From an uncultured Alphaproteobacteria bacterium (lineage in GTDB: Bacteria; Pseudomonadota; Alphaproteobacteria; Methylaequorales; Methylaequoraceae), in assembly GCA_902590895.1 (NCBI GenBank), contig CACIYM010000001.1, positions 68,477 through 132,476 on the forward strand: a DNA stretch of 64,000 bases. Reading direction: 5' to 3'. The first letter of the stretch is position 1; each line of letters opens with the position of its first letter. Position numbers and translations under genes: made by a program. The notes below the pieces were generated by a model, which did not search any database, had not been told where the DNA came from, and worked only from the letters and a program-made list of their open reading frames with translations. Positions 47,060 through 55,589 of the stretch are shown piece after piece.

Positions 47060-48109
47060 CTTTATCTCTATTCTTCTATTTTTTTTGTATGCTTCTTCGT
47101 TTTCCTCACTTATTAATGGAGAGTGTTCCCCAAAGCCTGCAGCAACTAATCTGTTTGGTGAAATCCCATTTTCAATTAATAATTTTACAATATTTATTGC
47201 TCTTGAACTAGACAGATGCCAGTTAGAATTAAACTTTTCATTATATATAGGGATTTTATCAGTATGGCCGTCAATTCTAAGTACCCAATCAATTTTACTA
47301 GGAATTTTTTCAGATATTTCATTTAAACTTTTTGCTATATCAGATAGCTTCTTTATTCCTTGAGCTTGGATAACATCAGATCCAGATTCAAAAAAAATTT
47401 CAGATGGAAAAATAAACCTATCTCCTTCCACTTTTATATCTTTTCTATCACCCAGAGCTTCTTTGATTTTTTTAAAAAAGATTGACTGATATTCACTTAG
47501 TTCTTGTAACTTTCCTGCTAAAGCTTGATTTAATTTTTTTCCTAAATTTTCAATTTTTATCTTTTTCTCTCTATCCTCCTCTTCTGCAGATATCAACAAT
47601 TTTGATAATTCTTCTAACCTATTGTTTAGTTTTTCGACATTTCTATTAAGTTCAAAAATTTCTAGACTATTTTTTTCTTTTATTTCACTGAGATCTTTCA
47701 AATCTTCATTTTGTTTTTGAATTTTACCGAGTAAATTACTTCTTTCACTAATAACTTGATCTAATTCTTTTTCTTTGATCTTTATATTATATTGACTTTT
47801 AGACAGTTCCTCATCTAATTTATTTTTTTGTTTATTAAGATCTTTGTACTCGATTGTTAGTGTTGCGAAACTTTTATCAATTTTTTTTTTCTCAGTGTTT
47901 AAAAGGCTTAGTTGATTTGCGAGATTTGTGATTTGATTATCCAAACTAGAGATTTCACCACGTTTTATCTCTAATTGATCATTAAAATATATTTGGGTAA
48001 CGGTTGATATCAAAACTGTGAAGATTGTTACGATTAGTAAAGTTCCTAATACATCAACAAATCCTGGCCAAATGTTTACTTCATATAAATTTTTCCGAGA
48101 TGCTCTCAC
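47045..48109 (-). CDS. MotB/OmpA-like peptidoglycan-anchored protein with a long coiled-coil linker
   Basis: 354 aa. TM segment NIWPGFVDVLGTLLIVTIF with a conserved Asp. ~190 aa of heptad-like coil. C-terminal OmpA-like domain (RIDGHTD, SSSRAINIV, NRRIEIKL). Confidence 0.75.
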   Translation of the reverse strand: MRASRKNLYEVNIWPGFVDVLGTLLIVTIFTVLISTVTQIYFNDQLEIKRGEISSLDNQITNLANQLSLLNTEKKKIDKSFATLTIEYKDLNKQKNKLDEELSKSQYNIKIKEKELDQVISERSNLLGKIQKQNEDLKDLSEIKEKNSLEIFELNRNVEKLNNRLEELSKLLISAEEEDREKKIKIENLGKKLNQALAGKLQELSEYQSIFFKKIKEALGDRKDIKVEGDRFIFPSEIFFESGSDVIQAQGIKKLSDIAKSLNEISEKIPSKIDWVLRIDGHTDKIPIYNEKFNSNWHLSSSRAINIVKLLIENGISPNRLVAAGFGEHSPLISEENEEAYKKNRRIEIKLTRR

Positions 48110-49050
48110 TATTTTTTACTTATATTTGCAATTGTTTTAGATAACACTTTTATTTCGTCCTTGATTTCTTTATTGAGTGCAATGTTTTCAGATAAAAAAC
48201 TATTCACTTCATAAAGTGATTTCGAAATTGATTCTTGGTAATCATTTTGTTTATCAATGACTGATGTTGATTTCTTTAAATTTTCTGTTGTGACCTCAAT
48301 CAGAGATTCAATGTAAGCCGGCCCAAGGTTTTTTTTATCATTTTCATCCATATTCATAAGTGTAAACTTAGTATGTTGTGATAATTTTTCTTCAACCTCG
48401 TTGTAAAAGCGATTTTGTGCTTGACTAGATTGAAGATCCAAAAACCCAAGAATAAGTGATCCACCTAAACCGAATAAAGATGAACTGAATGCGGTACCCA
48501 TCCCACTTAAAGGTTCCTCAAGTCCTTGTTTGAGAACTTTGAATAACCTTTGGGTATCTTCAGAGAAGTTCAAACTACTTACAGTTATTCCAACAGAGTT
48601 TATTGTTTCAAGAAGTCCCCAAAATGTACCAAGTAGTCCTAAAAAAATCGTTAAGCCTATTAGATATCTCGAAATTTCTCTTGATTCGGTCAACCTTCCA
48701 TCTAAGCTTTCCATAATTGATTTCATAGCTGATTGTGAAAAGATAAACTTTCCTGAATGTTCCTTTAAAAATGTATCTAGATATTTTAGAAGGTTTGGTG
48801 ACTTTACACTTAGCTTCGAGGGCTGTTTGGAGCTAGTTGATTTTATAAGCCAATTATATTCATTTTTTAATAATAATATTTGTCTTAAAATATAAATAAT
48901 ACCAACGGTTATAATGAATATTATTATTGAATTAAGGGTTTGGTTTGTTAAGTAAAAATCTTTAAGCTTTTCTGCATACAAATATAACAATGAAGATATT
49001 AAAACTAAAAATAAAAGAATTCTTAGTATATATTTCCCAACAATTTTCAT
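48109..49050 (-). CDS. MotA/TolQ/ExbB-family ion-channel protein
   Basis: 313 aa. LGLLGTFWGLLETI and GMGTAFSSSLFGLGGSLILGFL TM motifs. ~100-aa helical tail. TAATG coupling on both sides. Confidence 0.75.
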   Translation of the reverse strand: MKIVGKYILRILLFLVLISSLLYLYAEKLKDFYLTNQTLNSIIIFIITVGIIYILRQILLLKNEYNWLIKSTSSKQPSKLSVKSPNLLKYLDTFLKEHSGKFIFSQSAMKSIMESLDGRLTESREISRYLIGLTIFLGLLGTFWGLLETINSVGITVSSLNFSEDTQRLFKVLKQGLEEPLSGMGTAFSSSLFGLGGSLILGFLDLQSSQAQNRFYNEVEEKLSQHTKFTLMNMDENDKKNLGPAYIESLIEVTTENLKKSTSVIDKQNDYQESISKSLYEVNSFLSENIALNKEIKDEIKVLSKTIANISKK

Positions 49051-51713
49051 TACAGCCCTATGAAATTTAACACTATCTCATTTTCCCACTTTTTAGAATC
49101 TTTTACTTTATTAAATTTAATTCCAATTCTGTTGTGAGAGATCCCTTGATTAATTAGAAAAGTTCTAATATACAATAACCTAGATTTTTGTTTTTTTTTA
49201 AAATCAGAATCTTTTAGATTATTTTTTGGGATTGAAGCAACAATCTCTATTCTTATTTGTTTGTCTATAATAGCTTTTACATATTCTTTAACATTTTTTT
49301 TATGTTTAAAACCTAGCTCAACTTCATTCTCATTAAATATAATTACTTCACTTGTTTTATTAACTTGTTTTTCTTTAATTTCAACAATTGAGGTAGGTGC
49401 ATTCAAAGCAGATAATAAATTAACATTTTTTGAATTTTGATCTCCATTGGTCTCATCGGAAGACGACTTTTTTTGTAACTTTTTTTTAAAATCTTCAGAT
49501 TTTTCAGATTCTGTTATTTGTTTCTTTTTCTGAAAAGATTGTTTAATCATATTTTCATCAAAAAACAGTTTAGTTTTATCTTCCTCTACTAAATTTTTTT
49601 TTTGATTTTCTTTGAAATAAGAGTATTTTCTTTTTTTAATCTCCTCTTCTCTTTGTCTCGCCAACTCATTTCGTATTAGTTTATCTTCAATATTTTGTTT
49701 AACCTTATTTACATCTTTTTTAATCTCAAGGATTTCGTTGGAATTAACTTTTTTTTCTTCAACATTAGACTTCAAGTTTGACTTATTAATAACTGTAACC
49801 TGAGTTAGTTTATTAATATTTTCACCAGATTGTTTCACTTTATCCTTTAGATCCTGTATGCTCGCTTTTATTTCATCTATTTGTTCTTTATTCTTGATTT
49901 GTTTTTGTAAAATAACTTCTTTTTTTTCCAAAATTTTTTGTTTTTCCTCAATTTCTTCAAGCAACTTAATTTTTTCTCTTTCTTTTTTTAAATTTTCTTC
50001 CTTTTGAGCAATTCTCATTAATTGCTTTTGTTTTTCAATTTCTTTTTGCTTCTTTTTTATTTCTTCTCGAAATCTTTTCTCATCAGCGATTCTTTGTTTT
50101 TCTTTGATTCTTCTTTCTTGTTCTTGTTTTTTTTCAAGAGCTTTTCTTTCTCTTCTTTCTCTTTTCATTCTTTCTTGATCAGCGATTTTTTGTAATTTAA
50201 TTTTTTTTTCAAGTTCTTTTTGTTTTCTTTTAAGCTCTTCTCTAATTTTTTTTTCTTCAGCTAACTTAAGTTTTTCATTTAACTTTTTCTGTTCTTGAGC
50301 TTTTTTTTCCAATAATTTTCTATCAGCTCTTTCTTTTTTAAGTTTTTCCTGCTCTGCTATTTTTTGTTTTCTTATTTCAATTTTCTTTTTTTCTTGCTCC
50401 TGCTTTCTTTTTATTTCATCAGCAAGTTTTTTCTTTTCCTCAAGTTTCTTTTTTTCTTCTTCTGTAAACTTTTTTATAGATTCCAATCTTTTTTCTTCCT
50501 CGAGAAGTTTTCTGGCTTGCTTTATCTCATTTCTCTGTCTTTCTTTTTCGGCTTTTCTCAGCTCTTTTAATTTCTTTTCTTCTTTTTGCTTAGCTAACTG
50601 TTTCTCTTTAAGTTTTTTTTGTTCTTCTTTTTTGGCTTTTTCAATTTCCTTTTTTAAACGTTTTTCTTCCTTTAGACGAGCAGCCTCTTGTTGCTTTAAT
50701 TTCTTTTCTTCATCCTTTTTGGCCTTTTCAAGCTCCTTTTTTAAACGTTTTTCTTCCTTTATACGAGCAGCCTCTTGTTGCTTTAATTTCTTTTCTTCAT
50801 CCTTTTTGGCCCTTTCAAGCTCCTTTTTTAAACGTTTTTCTTCCTTTAAACGAGCAGCCTCTTGTTGCTTTAATTTCTTTTCTTCATCCTTTTTGGCCTT
50901 TTCAAGTTCCTTTTTTAAACGTTTTTCTTCCTTTAAACGAGCAGCCTCTTTTTGTCTTTTTAATTCTTCAGCTTTTTTAATTGCTTCGAGTTCTTTTTGT
51001 TTTTTTAATTCCTCTGCCTTTTTAGCAGCTTCCAGTTCTTTTTGTTTTTTTAACTCCTCTGCCTTTTTAGCAGCTTCGAGTTCTTTTTGTTTTTTTAACT
51101 CCTCTGCTTTTTTAGCAGCTTCGAGGTCTTTTTGTTTTTTTAACTCCTCTGCCTTTTTTGCAGCTTCTAGCTCTTTTTGTTTTTTTAACTCCTCTGCCTT
51201 TTTTGCAGCTTCTAGCTCTTTTTGTTTTTTTAACTCCTCTGCCTTTTTTGCAGCTTCGAGTTCTTTTTGTTTTTTTAACTTCTCTGCCTTTTTTGCAGCT
51301 TCTAGCTCTTTTTGTTTTTTTAACTCCTCTGCTTTTCTAGCGGCTTCTAGCTCTTTTTCTCTTTTATCCTTAAGAGCTCTTCTCTTTTCTTCTTGGGCTT
51401 TTCTCGCAGCCTCTATCTCTTTATTTCTTTGTTTTTCTAAAGTTTTTCTCTTTTTTTCTTGGGCATCCCTAATGGCTTTTATCTCCTTGTCAAGATCCTC
51501 TTTTTCAGATTCTGATTTTATAACTGACTTGGGAGGTATAAGTTTAATTTTTTCATCTTTATTTTCAATTGATGGAATTAATAATCTTTTATTAGAATTT
51601 GGATCTATTATTATTTTCTTTATAACGTCTTTTTCTTGAGAAAATGATGTTTTTACCGAAAGTAAAAACAAAATTGGAATAATTAACAACGATGTTTTAA
51701 CAAAATAATTCAT
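49050..51713 (-). CDS. 887-aa secreted/anchored K/E-rich repeat protein with a possible degenerate OmpA-like C-terminal domain
   Basis: N-terminal hydrophobic signal (SLLIIPILFLLSVKTSFSQE). ~600 aa of charged helical repeats. The C-terminal ~110 aa carry a beta-alpha-beta pattern. Confidence 0.7.
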   Translation of the reverse strand: MNYFVKTSLLIIPILFLLSVKTSFSQEKDVIKKIIIDPNSNKRLLIPSIENKDEKIKLIPPKSVIKSESEKEDLDKEIKAIRDAQEKKRKTLEKQRNKEIEAARKAQEEKRRALKDKREKELEAARKAEELKKQKELEAAKKAEKLKKQKELEAAKKAEELKKQKELEAAKKAEELKKQKELEAAKKAEELKKQKDLEAAKKAEELKKQKELEAAKKAEELKKQKELEAAKKAEELKKQKELEAIKKAEELKRQKEAARLKEEKRLKKELEKAKKDEEKKLKQQEAARLKEEKRLKKELERAKKDEEKKLKQQEAARIKEEKRLKKELEKAKKDEEKKLKQQEAARLKEEKRLKKEIEKAKKEEQKKLKEKQLAKQKEEKKLKELRKAEKERQRNEIKQARKLLEEEKRLESIKKFTEEEKKKLEEKKKLADEIKRKQEQEKKKIEIRKQKIAEQEKLKKERADRKLLEKKAQEQKKLNEKLKLAEEKKIREELKRKQKELEKKIKLQKIADQERMKRERRERKALEKKQEQERRIKEKQRIADEKRFREEIKKKQKEIEKQKQLMRIAQKEENLKKEREKIKLLEEIEEKQKILEKKEVILQKQIKNKEQIDEIKASIQDLKDKVKQSGENINKLTQVTVINKSNLKSNVEEKKVNSNEILEIKKDVNKVKQNIEDKLIRNELARQREEEIKKRKYSYFKENQKKNLVEEDKTKLFFDENMIKQSFQKKKQITESEKSEDFKKKLQKKSSSDETNGDQNSKNVNLLSALNAPTSIVEIKEKQVNKTSEVIIFNENEVELGFKHKKNVKEYVKAIIDKQIRIEIVASIPKNNLKDSDFKKKQKSRLLYIRTFLINQGISHNRIGIKFNKVKDSKKWENEIVLNFIGL
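50642..50965 (-). repeat. in-frame 87-bp tandem repeat, ~3.7 units (29-aa unit KKELEKAKKDEEKKLKQQEAARLKEEKRL)
   Basis: Unit anchors at 50642, 50729, 50816 and 50903 (period exactly 87). Only a few substitutions between units. Confidence 0.9.
50948..51360 (-). repeat. in-frame 45-bp tandem repeat, ~9 units (15-aa unit KKQKELEAAKKAEEL)
   Basis: The anchor CTTTTTGT recurs at 50948, 50993, 51038, 51083, 51128, 51173, 51218, 51263, 51308 and (degenerate) 51353, with a period of exactly 45. Confidence 0.9.
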
Positions 51714-52478
51714 TTAATTTAAGCTTTTTTCTACCATTTCAGTTACTATCTTATCAACAAATTTGTTACCAGCTATAAATATTTTTGTATCTTTTAGCTC
51801 AATAGCTTTAAAATCACCACCAGTTGAGTTTATGATTAACCCAGCTTCAATAATAAGTTTTTTTGGTGGATTTATGATGACGCAACAATCAACTTTTCCA
51901 CATGAAAGATTACTTAGGTCAGAATAACATGAACCAGATTCAATTAATGAAAAATTATTTTCAGAAAATTTCTTTTTTATTATACCTTCATAAATCAGAC
52001 TTGAATCATCCTTATAATTAAAAATACTTATCAATGATTCTTCTTTTTTTTTCTTATTAGAGACTCTTATTCTTGTCTCATTTTTGAATGCACCAGTTAC
52101 TTTTTCATAATAAAAAACTTCGTCTTTTAATGGATTATAAAACAAATTAGTTATGATTAAATTTTTTTCAAACAGTGATATATTAATCCCAAAATTTTCG
52201 TTAGCTCTGGCAAAGTTAAGATTTGAGTCAATAATATTAATTAACCAAAAGTCTTGAATATCAATTTCTAAATCCTTGATTATTTTAAAATTTGGCTTAA
52301 TTTTTGTTAAAAAACTAATTACCTCTGCTTCAATTTTATTTTGAGACTTTTGTATAAAAATCTTTGAATCTTTCACTGAACTTTGAAGCTCTTCAATTTC
52401 ATTATAATCTCTTATAATATATTTTCTTAAATCTCTTAAATTTCTTTTTAGAACATTAGCCAATGGCGTGTAACTCAT
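51714..52478 (-). CDS. inositol-monophosphatase (SuhB)-fold protein with degenerate catalytic motifs
   Basis: 254 aa. Collinear with SuhB, but WVIDPLDGTTNF is replaced by WLINIIDSNLNF, ITEESG by IIKDLE, and WDFAAG by KKLIIEAG. Confidence 0.6.
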   Translation of the reverse strand: MSYTPLANVLKRNLRDLRKYIIRDYNEIEELQSSVKDSKIFIQKSQNKIEAEVISFLTKIKPNFKIIKDLEIDIQDFWLINIIDSNLNFARANENFGINISLFEKNLIITNLFYNPLKDEVFYYEKVTGAFKNETRIRVSNKKKKEESLISIFNYKDDSSLIYEGIIKKKFSENNFSLIESGSCYSDLSNLSCGKVDCCVIINPPKKLIIEAGLIINSTGGDFKAIELKDTKIFIAGNKFVDKIVTEMVEKSLN

Positions 52479-52479
52479 T

Positions 52480-53046
52480 TTAATCTCTCGATTTTTCTAA
52501 ATACTCTAGACTTTCAGTATTAATGATTATCTTATCACCTTCTTTGATATGTGCTGGGACTAAAATTTTGATATCTCTTGTAGTGGTTGCGTTTTTAAAG
52601 GATGAAGATGCTGTTTGTCCTTTTACAACCGCGTCAGCTTCTCGAACCTCTACTTTAATGATTTTGGGGAGTCTAATTCCAACAATCTCTTCAGCAATTA
52701 TGTCAAGAAAAAGCTGGACACCATCCTCTAAAAAACTTTTATTTCCATTTAGAAGTTCTTCGTTCAACGTAATTTGCTCATAATTTTCATTATTCATGAC
52801 TGTTATCATATTATTCTCCGAAAATAAAAAGGTGACACTCACTTCGTTAACATTAAGTTTTTCAACATTTTCAGATGTTCTTAATCTTTCATTTACCTTA
52901 GCCCCACTTTTTAGATCTCTCATCTCAAGTTGTATAAATGCTCCACCTTTACCAGGTTTGATTGTGTTTGTATTCATTACTTGTAACGTTTTATCTTTGT
53001 ATTTAATTACATTTCCAACTTTTATAAGATTAGCTATCATTTTCAT
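52480..53046 (-). CDS. efp: translation elongation factor P
   Basis: 188 aa with the KPGKGGAFIQLEMRDL loop motif. Confidence 0.9.
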   Translation of the reverse strand: MKMIANLIKVGNVIKYKDKTLQVMNTNTIKPGKGGAFIQLEMRDLKSGAKVNERLRTSENVEKLNVNEVSVTFLFSENNMITVMNNENYEQITLNEELLNGNKSFLEDGVQLFLDIIAEEIVGIRLPKIIKVEVREADAVVKGQTASSSFKNATTTRDIKILVPAHIKEGDKIIINTESLEYLEKSRD

Positions 53047-53674
53047 AATTTTTATCCCTTAAAATTTTTTTAAATTGATATGCTGAATTCTGAGTTCCGT
53101 CTTTAAAATTCCATAAACTGTCAATAATTGCAATGTAATTCGGTTCTAAATGAAATAAGTTTTTTATATTTTTGTGGTTAACACCACCTATTAAAACAAA
53201 TGGTAATTCTATTCTTTTTATAATTTTTTTTAAATTACCTAAATTAATTGATAACCCTTTTTTGGTTTTTGAATCAAATGCTGGACCAAATGCAACATAA
53301 TCAGCACCATCACTTTTGGCTTTTTTATACAAATTTTCAGAATTTGAGCAACTTACACCAACTATAAATTCTTTTCCAAATTTTTCCTTAGCATCTTTAC
53401 AACTTTTATCATTTTGACCTAAATGAATCCCATTAAAAGAAAACTCTTCAGCGATTTCAAAGTCATCATTAATGATTAACTTTATTTTTTTCTTTTTACA
53501 AATTCTTGAGAATGATTCGTAATGCTTCTCAACAAAACTTAATCTATCTTTAAGTAATTTAAATTTCGGCCTGAATTGAAAATACTCTACAGGTATTACA
53601 TCGGTAATTGTATCAAAAACTTTTGAGTTAAAAGACTTTATTAATTTTGGAGGAGAAATGAGATAAATTTTCAT
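53030..53674 (-). CDS. thiE: thiamine-phosphate synthase
   Basis: 214 aa. GIHLGQND, GADYVAFGPAFDSKTK and LIGGV motifs. Confidence 0.7.
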   Translation of the reverse strand: MKIYLISPPKLIKSFNSKVFDTITDVIPVEYFQFRPKFKLLKDRLSFVEKHYESFSRICKKKKIKLIINDDFEIAEEFSFNGIHLGQNDKSCKDAKEKFGKEFIVGVSCSNSENLYKKAKSDGADYVAFGPAFDSKTKKGLSINLGNLKKIIKRIELPFVLIGGVNHKNIKNLFHLEPNYIAIIDSLWNFKDGTQNSAYQFKKILRDKNYENDS

Positions 53675-53676
53675 TG

Positions 53677-54057
53677 TTAAAAGTCTTGCATTAACTCACT
53701 AATAGTTTGAATTTTTTTAAATTTCTGTGTGGTAAGAATCTCTATCCCTTGCTTTCTAGCCAGTGATTCGATTTTTTCTCTCAAACTTTTATTTAAATTA
53801 GAACTTACCGATATTTTTTTGATTTCAAGCTCAATAAGTGTTAGCGCTAAACCAATATCCTCTCCAACCTCCGCAATAAAGTTTACTCTTTTATAATTTA
53901 GTAATAGATTGAACTGTTTCATCATGTGGGGGCCTTGCCACGATAAAGATTCAAAGGGCCAAATGATATTGACCTGTGAGTTATTAAATTTTTTTAAAAC
54001 TGTTTTGACTTCGTCTAAGTTAGAGAATTTGATTGTCAAATATTCATAAATCTTCAT
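53677..54057 (-). CDS. hypothetical protein
   Basis: 126-aa ORF tightly packed between gap and thiE (4-nt overlap, 2-nt gap). No motif recognised. Confidence 0.4.
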   Translation of the reverse strand: MKIYEYLTIKFSNLDEVKTVLKKFNNSQVNIIWPFESLSWQGPHMMKQFNLLLNYKRVNFIAEVGEDIGLALTLIELEIKKISVSSNLNKSLREKIESLARKQGIEILTTQKFKKIQTISELMQDF

Positions 54058-55055
54058 CTAGATAAAGTCGAAATAACATCTACTAACCTATTTGAAAACC
54101 CCCATTCATTATCATACCATGCAAGAATCCTACAAAATTTTTTATTTAAAACTTTTGTTTCATTTAAGTCAACTATTGCACTGTTCGGATTATGGTTGAA
54201 ATCATTTGAGACAAGTGGATCGGAAGTTGTTTGAATAATATTTTGAAAACTATCTTTTTCTGCTTTTAAAAAAAGGTTATTTAGACCGTCCTCAGAAGTT
54301 TCTTTTTTTGAAAAAAATTTAAAATCTACTAGTGATACATTTACAGTTGGCACTCGTATTGCGCTTCCGTCTATTTTTCCTTTGAGATTTGGTAAAACCT
54401 CTGAGACTGCCCTGGCAGCACCTGTGGACGTAGGTATTATAGAAATCAAAGAATTTCTTGCCCTCCTTAGATCTTTATGAACTGTATCAATTGTGTTTTG
54501 GTCACCCGTAACTGCATGAACTGTAGTCATATAACCAGAATCAATACCAAGGTTTTTTTCTATTAAAAAAGCAAGTGGAGCTAAGCAATTTGTTGTACAA
54601 GAGCCGTTTGAAATAATCTTGTGATCTTCTTTTATTGAATTGTGATTGATACCGTAAACCACTGTGATATCAGGATCTGTAGCTGGGGCAGAAATTAGGA
54701 CTTTTTTTGATCCTGAACTAAGATGCTTTTGTGCATCATCTCTTTTGGTAAAAAAACCAGTACACTCTACTACTAAGTCAATATTTAATACACTCCAATT
54801 AATATTAATCGGATCGGGTTCACTGAGGAATTGAATGTCATTATTCCCAATCTTTACGGTTTGGGAGGATTTGTTAATATTTTGGGTAAAGGTTCCGTGA
54901 ACAGAGTCATATTTGAATAAGTGTAGGTTACTCTCAAGCTTACCCAAATCGTTAATTGCAACAACTTCTATATCATTCGGGTTTTTCTCAAGCAAAGCTC
55001 TAAGCGTAAGTCTTCCGATTCGTCCAAAACCATTAATTGCAACTCTATATGCCAT
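54054..55055 (-). CDS. gap: glyceraldehyde-3-phosphate dehydrogenase
   Basis: 333 aa. INGFGRIGR and SCTTNCLAP motifs. Confidence 0.92.
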   Translation of the reverse strand: MAYRVAINGFGRIGRLTLRALLEKNPNDIEVVAINDLGKLESNLHLFKYDSVHGTFTQNINKSSQTVKIGNNDIQFLSEPDPININWSVLNIDLVVECTGFFTKRDDAQKHLSSGSKKVLISAPATDPDITVVYGINHNSIKEDHKIISNGSCTTNCLAPLAFLIEKNLGIDSGYMTTVHAVTGDQNTIDTVHKDLRRARNSLISIIPTSTGAARAVSEVLPNLKGKIDGSAIRVPTVNVSLVDFKFFSKKETSEDGLNNLFLKAEKDSFQNIIQTTSDPLVSNDFNHNPNSAIVDLNETKVLNKKFCRILAWYDNEWGFSNRLVDVISTLSR

Positions 55056-55298
55056 ATCAATTATTTTATAGTTATTGATTAATGAATAATTATAATAATG
55101 TAAAGAAGATAATAAATTGTATCTATGAGCAAAGAAAAGATTAAAATAGTTTTTAAAAAAATAAGTACACTTAAGAAAAAAGTTAATAAAATCTCACATA
55201 ATAAAGAAAATGAATTGCTAAAAAAAAAATTATTAAAAGTTTCCACATACATGAATAGAGTTATAAAATTTTTAGAAAAAATAAAATAAAGAGAATTT

Positions 55299-55589
55299 AT
55301 GCCAATATTAAGATTAGACATTGATGACATCAAATATGAAGTTGAATGCAAGGAGGGTGAGGAAAAATTATTAAGAGAATCTGAGCAACTTTTAAACAAT
55401 AAATTTGAGCAAAATAAACAAATTAAAAATTTACCTCAATCAAAGAAATATTTAATGATTTCATTAATACTTGCTGGGGAAATTAATCTTTTAAAAAAAC
55501 AAAATGAAAGAGAAGTTTGTGATTTTGACAAAATCATTAGTGAATTAGAAGAATTAGAAAATTTAGTAGAAAAAAAAATAAATGGATAA
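55299..55589 (+). CDS. zapA: cell-division protein ZapA-like
   Basis: 96 aa. N-terminal beta segment LDIDDIKYEVECKEGEEKLLRESEQLLNNKF followed by a coiled coil. Located upstream of the 5-FTHF cyclo-ligase gene, as in E. coli zapA-ssrS-ygfA. Confidence 0.5.
   Translation: MPILRLDIDDIKYEVECKEGEEKLLRESEQLLNNKFEQNKQIKNLPQSKKYLMISLILAGEINLLKKQNEREVCDFDKIISELEELENLVEKKING

Noticed and set aside
47045-49050. MotA/MotB-like pair as a Zorya (ZorAB) anti-phage system
   Set aside because: The channel subunit has only a ~100-aa tail rather than the long ZorA tail. No ZorC/D/E-like nuclease or helicase genes are adjacent. The pair is embedded in a housekeeping operon.
50642-51360. Regularly spaced 45-bp and 87-bp repeats as a possible CRISPR array
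   Set aside because: The units are directly tandem with no unique spacers, in frame within a long ORF, and no cas genes are nearby.
50632-51639. 335-aa plus-strand ORF (FSS/FFKRFSSF repeats) and the neighbouring plus-strand ORFs 50364-50570 and 51158-51340
   Set aside because: These are antisense shadows of the K/E repeat gene. AAG/GAA-rich codons read as TTC/CTT on the other strand and stay open. The minus-strand frame has a signal peptide, operon coupling and a sensible domain layout.
55079-55399. 106-aa minus-strand ORF in the gap-zapA intergenic region
   Set aside because: It has a low-complexity I/F/L/S/N composition typical of AT-rich non-coding DNA. It overlaps the zapA start and has no SD.
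55056-55589. 6S RNA (ssrS), expected near zapA and the 5-FTHF cyclo-ligase gene by analogy with E. coli
   Set aside because: zapA and the cyclo-ligase gene overlap by 8 nt, so there is no room between them. The 243-bp region upstream of zapA is nearly pure A/T with no stem-forming segments.
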